From the NCBI GenBank assembly GCA_039096225.1, contig JBBPEB010000002.1, positions 744,001-808,000 of the forward strand: 64,000 nucleotides of DNA. The letters run 5' to 3'. This document shows, in pieces, positions 62,214-64,000 of the stretch (position 1 is the stretch's first letter; each line of letters opens with the position of its first letter). The position numbers and the translations under genes were made by a program. The notes beneath the pieces were generated by a model. That model worked only from the letters and a program-made list of their open reading frames with translations. It was not told the DNA's origin and searched no databases. This DNA is from Blastocystis sp. Blastoise (Eukaryota > Protista > Bigyra: Opalinata).

Positions 62214-62599
62214 AGAGTCATTCAGAATTTAAGACCATATCTATAGGTTAAGCTAAGAAGAGGATAAGAGAGAGATTTCCTAGAATCAACTACAACTATA
62301 TTCATTATACTGTTACTAATATTATACTTAATGAAAATTTATATAGTTATATCGTTTTAATAATAGAAGTAGTTAATAAAATGAATATAAATAATTAAGT
62401 ATTCTTCATGTTATTTGGTAAATAGAAAACCAATAATGAAATAGCTTTGAATAGTCACAGTATACCTAAGGATCTTCGTTTGTTATCATAGTATACCATG
62501 ATAGTAGGTAACATAAGTCTATTAACTCTATCTCCATCAGTAATCCTTCTTTGTGGTCTTTCATGGGTCTCAGTAGTGTAGCTCTTGTCATTACAGGTA

Positions 62600-63250
62600 T
62601 ATATATGATATATAATATATATATATATGTAATGATAAGGATATATATAAAGATGTAGATGAGTTATATATTGATGTATATGGTTTTTGAATGTATTTGT
62701 GACATAATGTTATATATATAATATATATATTCTATATTAGTACTATATATAGTATATACATCTATATATAGTATATTATAATACTTATATAGAATATATA
62801 TATTATATAGAGTATATATAGTACTTATATGGAACATATATATATGATATATAGTATATATAGTATAGATATAACCTATATACATAAAGATATATATAAC
62901 TAGTATATAGAATGGTTTTACATAAAAAAATAATATCTCTTCGTAGTTATAATAATTTAGCATCTTTATAATACAAGTTATATATATCTTTATGTATATT
63001 GGTTATATATATACTATATATTCTATATAATATATATATGCTATATAAGTACTATTTATATATTCTATATAACATATATATTCTATATAAGTACTATATA
63101 TACTATATATAGAATATATATATGATATATATAACATTATATCACAGATGAATCTAAAGACCATTTACATCAATATATAACTCATCTACATCTTTATATA
63201 TATCCTCATATCATTTTACATATATATATAATATATGATATAATTTATAT
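62600..63250. repeat. Fold-back (long imperfect inverted repeat) element
   Basis: GGATATATATAAAGATGTAGATGAGTTATATATTGATGTA (~62640) is inverted at ~63160-63205; inner arms at ~62880 and ~62990. Confidence 0.75.
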
Positions 63251-64000
63251 ATACATTATATATATACCATTTATATATATCATTTATATATCATCTATTC
63301 CTTCTATGTATTATCTATTCCTTCTATATATTATCTTTATACCATCTATTCCTTCTATATATATCACATATATAATATCTATATATATCATCTATATATT
63401 ATCTATATATATACCATCTATATCTATATATTACTATATATTACTATATATCATCTATATATGACCTATTCTTTCTATGTATTATCTATATACCTTCGAT
63501 TCATCCTATATACATTATATGCATAATATCTATATATTATATATATATATCTATATGTCATATATATATTACCTATATACCATTTATATATCATTTATAT
63601 ATCATATATATATATCATTTATATATCATATATTCATTCTATATACATTATATACATAATTTCTATATATTATATATATGTTATCTATATATATTTTATA
63701 TATTATCTATATATCATTTATATATCATCTATTCATTCTATGTATTATCTATTCATTCTATATATTATCTATATACCATCTATTCATTCTATGTATTATC
63801 TATTTCTTCTATATATTATCTTTATACCATGTATTCCTTCTATATATATCATATATATAATATCTATATATATCATCTTTATATTATCTATATAATATCT
63901 ATATATTATCTATATATCATTTATATATTATCTATATATCATTTATATATCATGTATATATCATGTATATATCATGTATTCATTCTATTTACAATCTATT

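Overview
AT-rich eukaryotic (protist-like) window with GT..AG introns, many of them short, made up almost entirely of nested mobile DNA. From left to right: (1) a frameshifted R2/NeSL-type (RT plus restriction-like endonuclease) non-LTR retrotransposon directly downstream of a tRNA-Phe gene; (2) a truncated CACTA/CMC transposon; (3) a 25.6-kb CACTG-ended element (TCG TSD) carrying captured host gene fragments (PP4R1-like, USP, Cys-rich), whose transposase is split by a nested 7.9-kb CACTG element (ATA TSD); (4) a palindrome, a hAT MITE and a Helitron 3' end; (5) the highlight, an integrated tandem array of a 5,047-bp CRESS-DNA-virus-like genome. This unit has a CATTATTAC stem-loop origin, a 5-intron HUH/SF3 Rep, a 412-aa capsid resembling alphanodavirus/tetravirus RNA-virus coat proteins (including a putative autocleavage site and gamma-peptide) and a separate Arg-rich 248-aa protein. 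It is flanked on the left by a truncated divergent Rep paralog and on the right by an inverted origin junction. (6) A further CACTG end containing a piggyBac-like element with an ATTT TSD. All homology calls come from motif recognition by eye; no searches were run.
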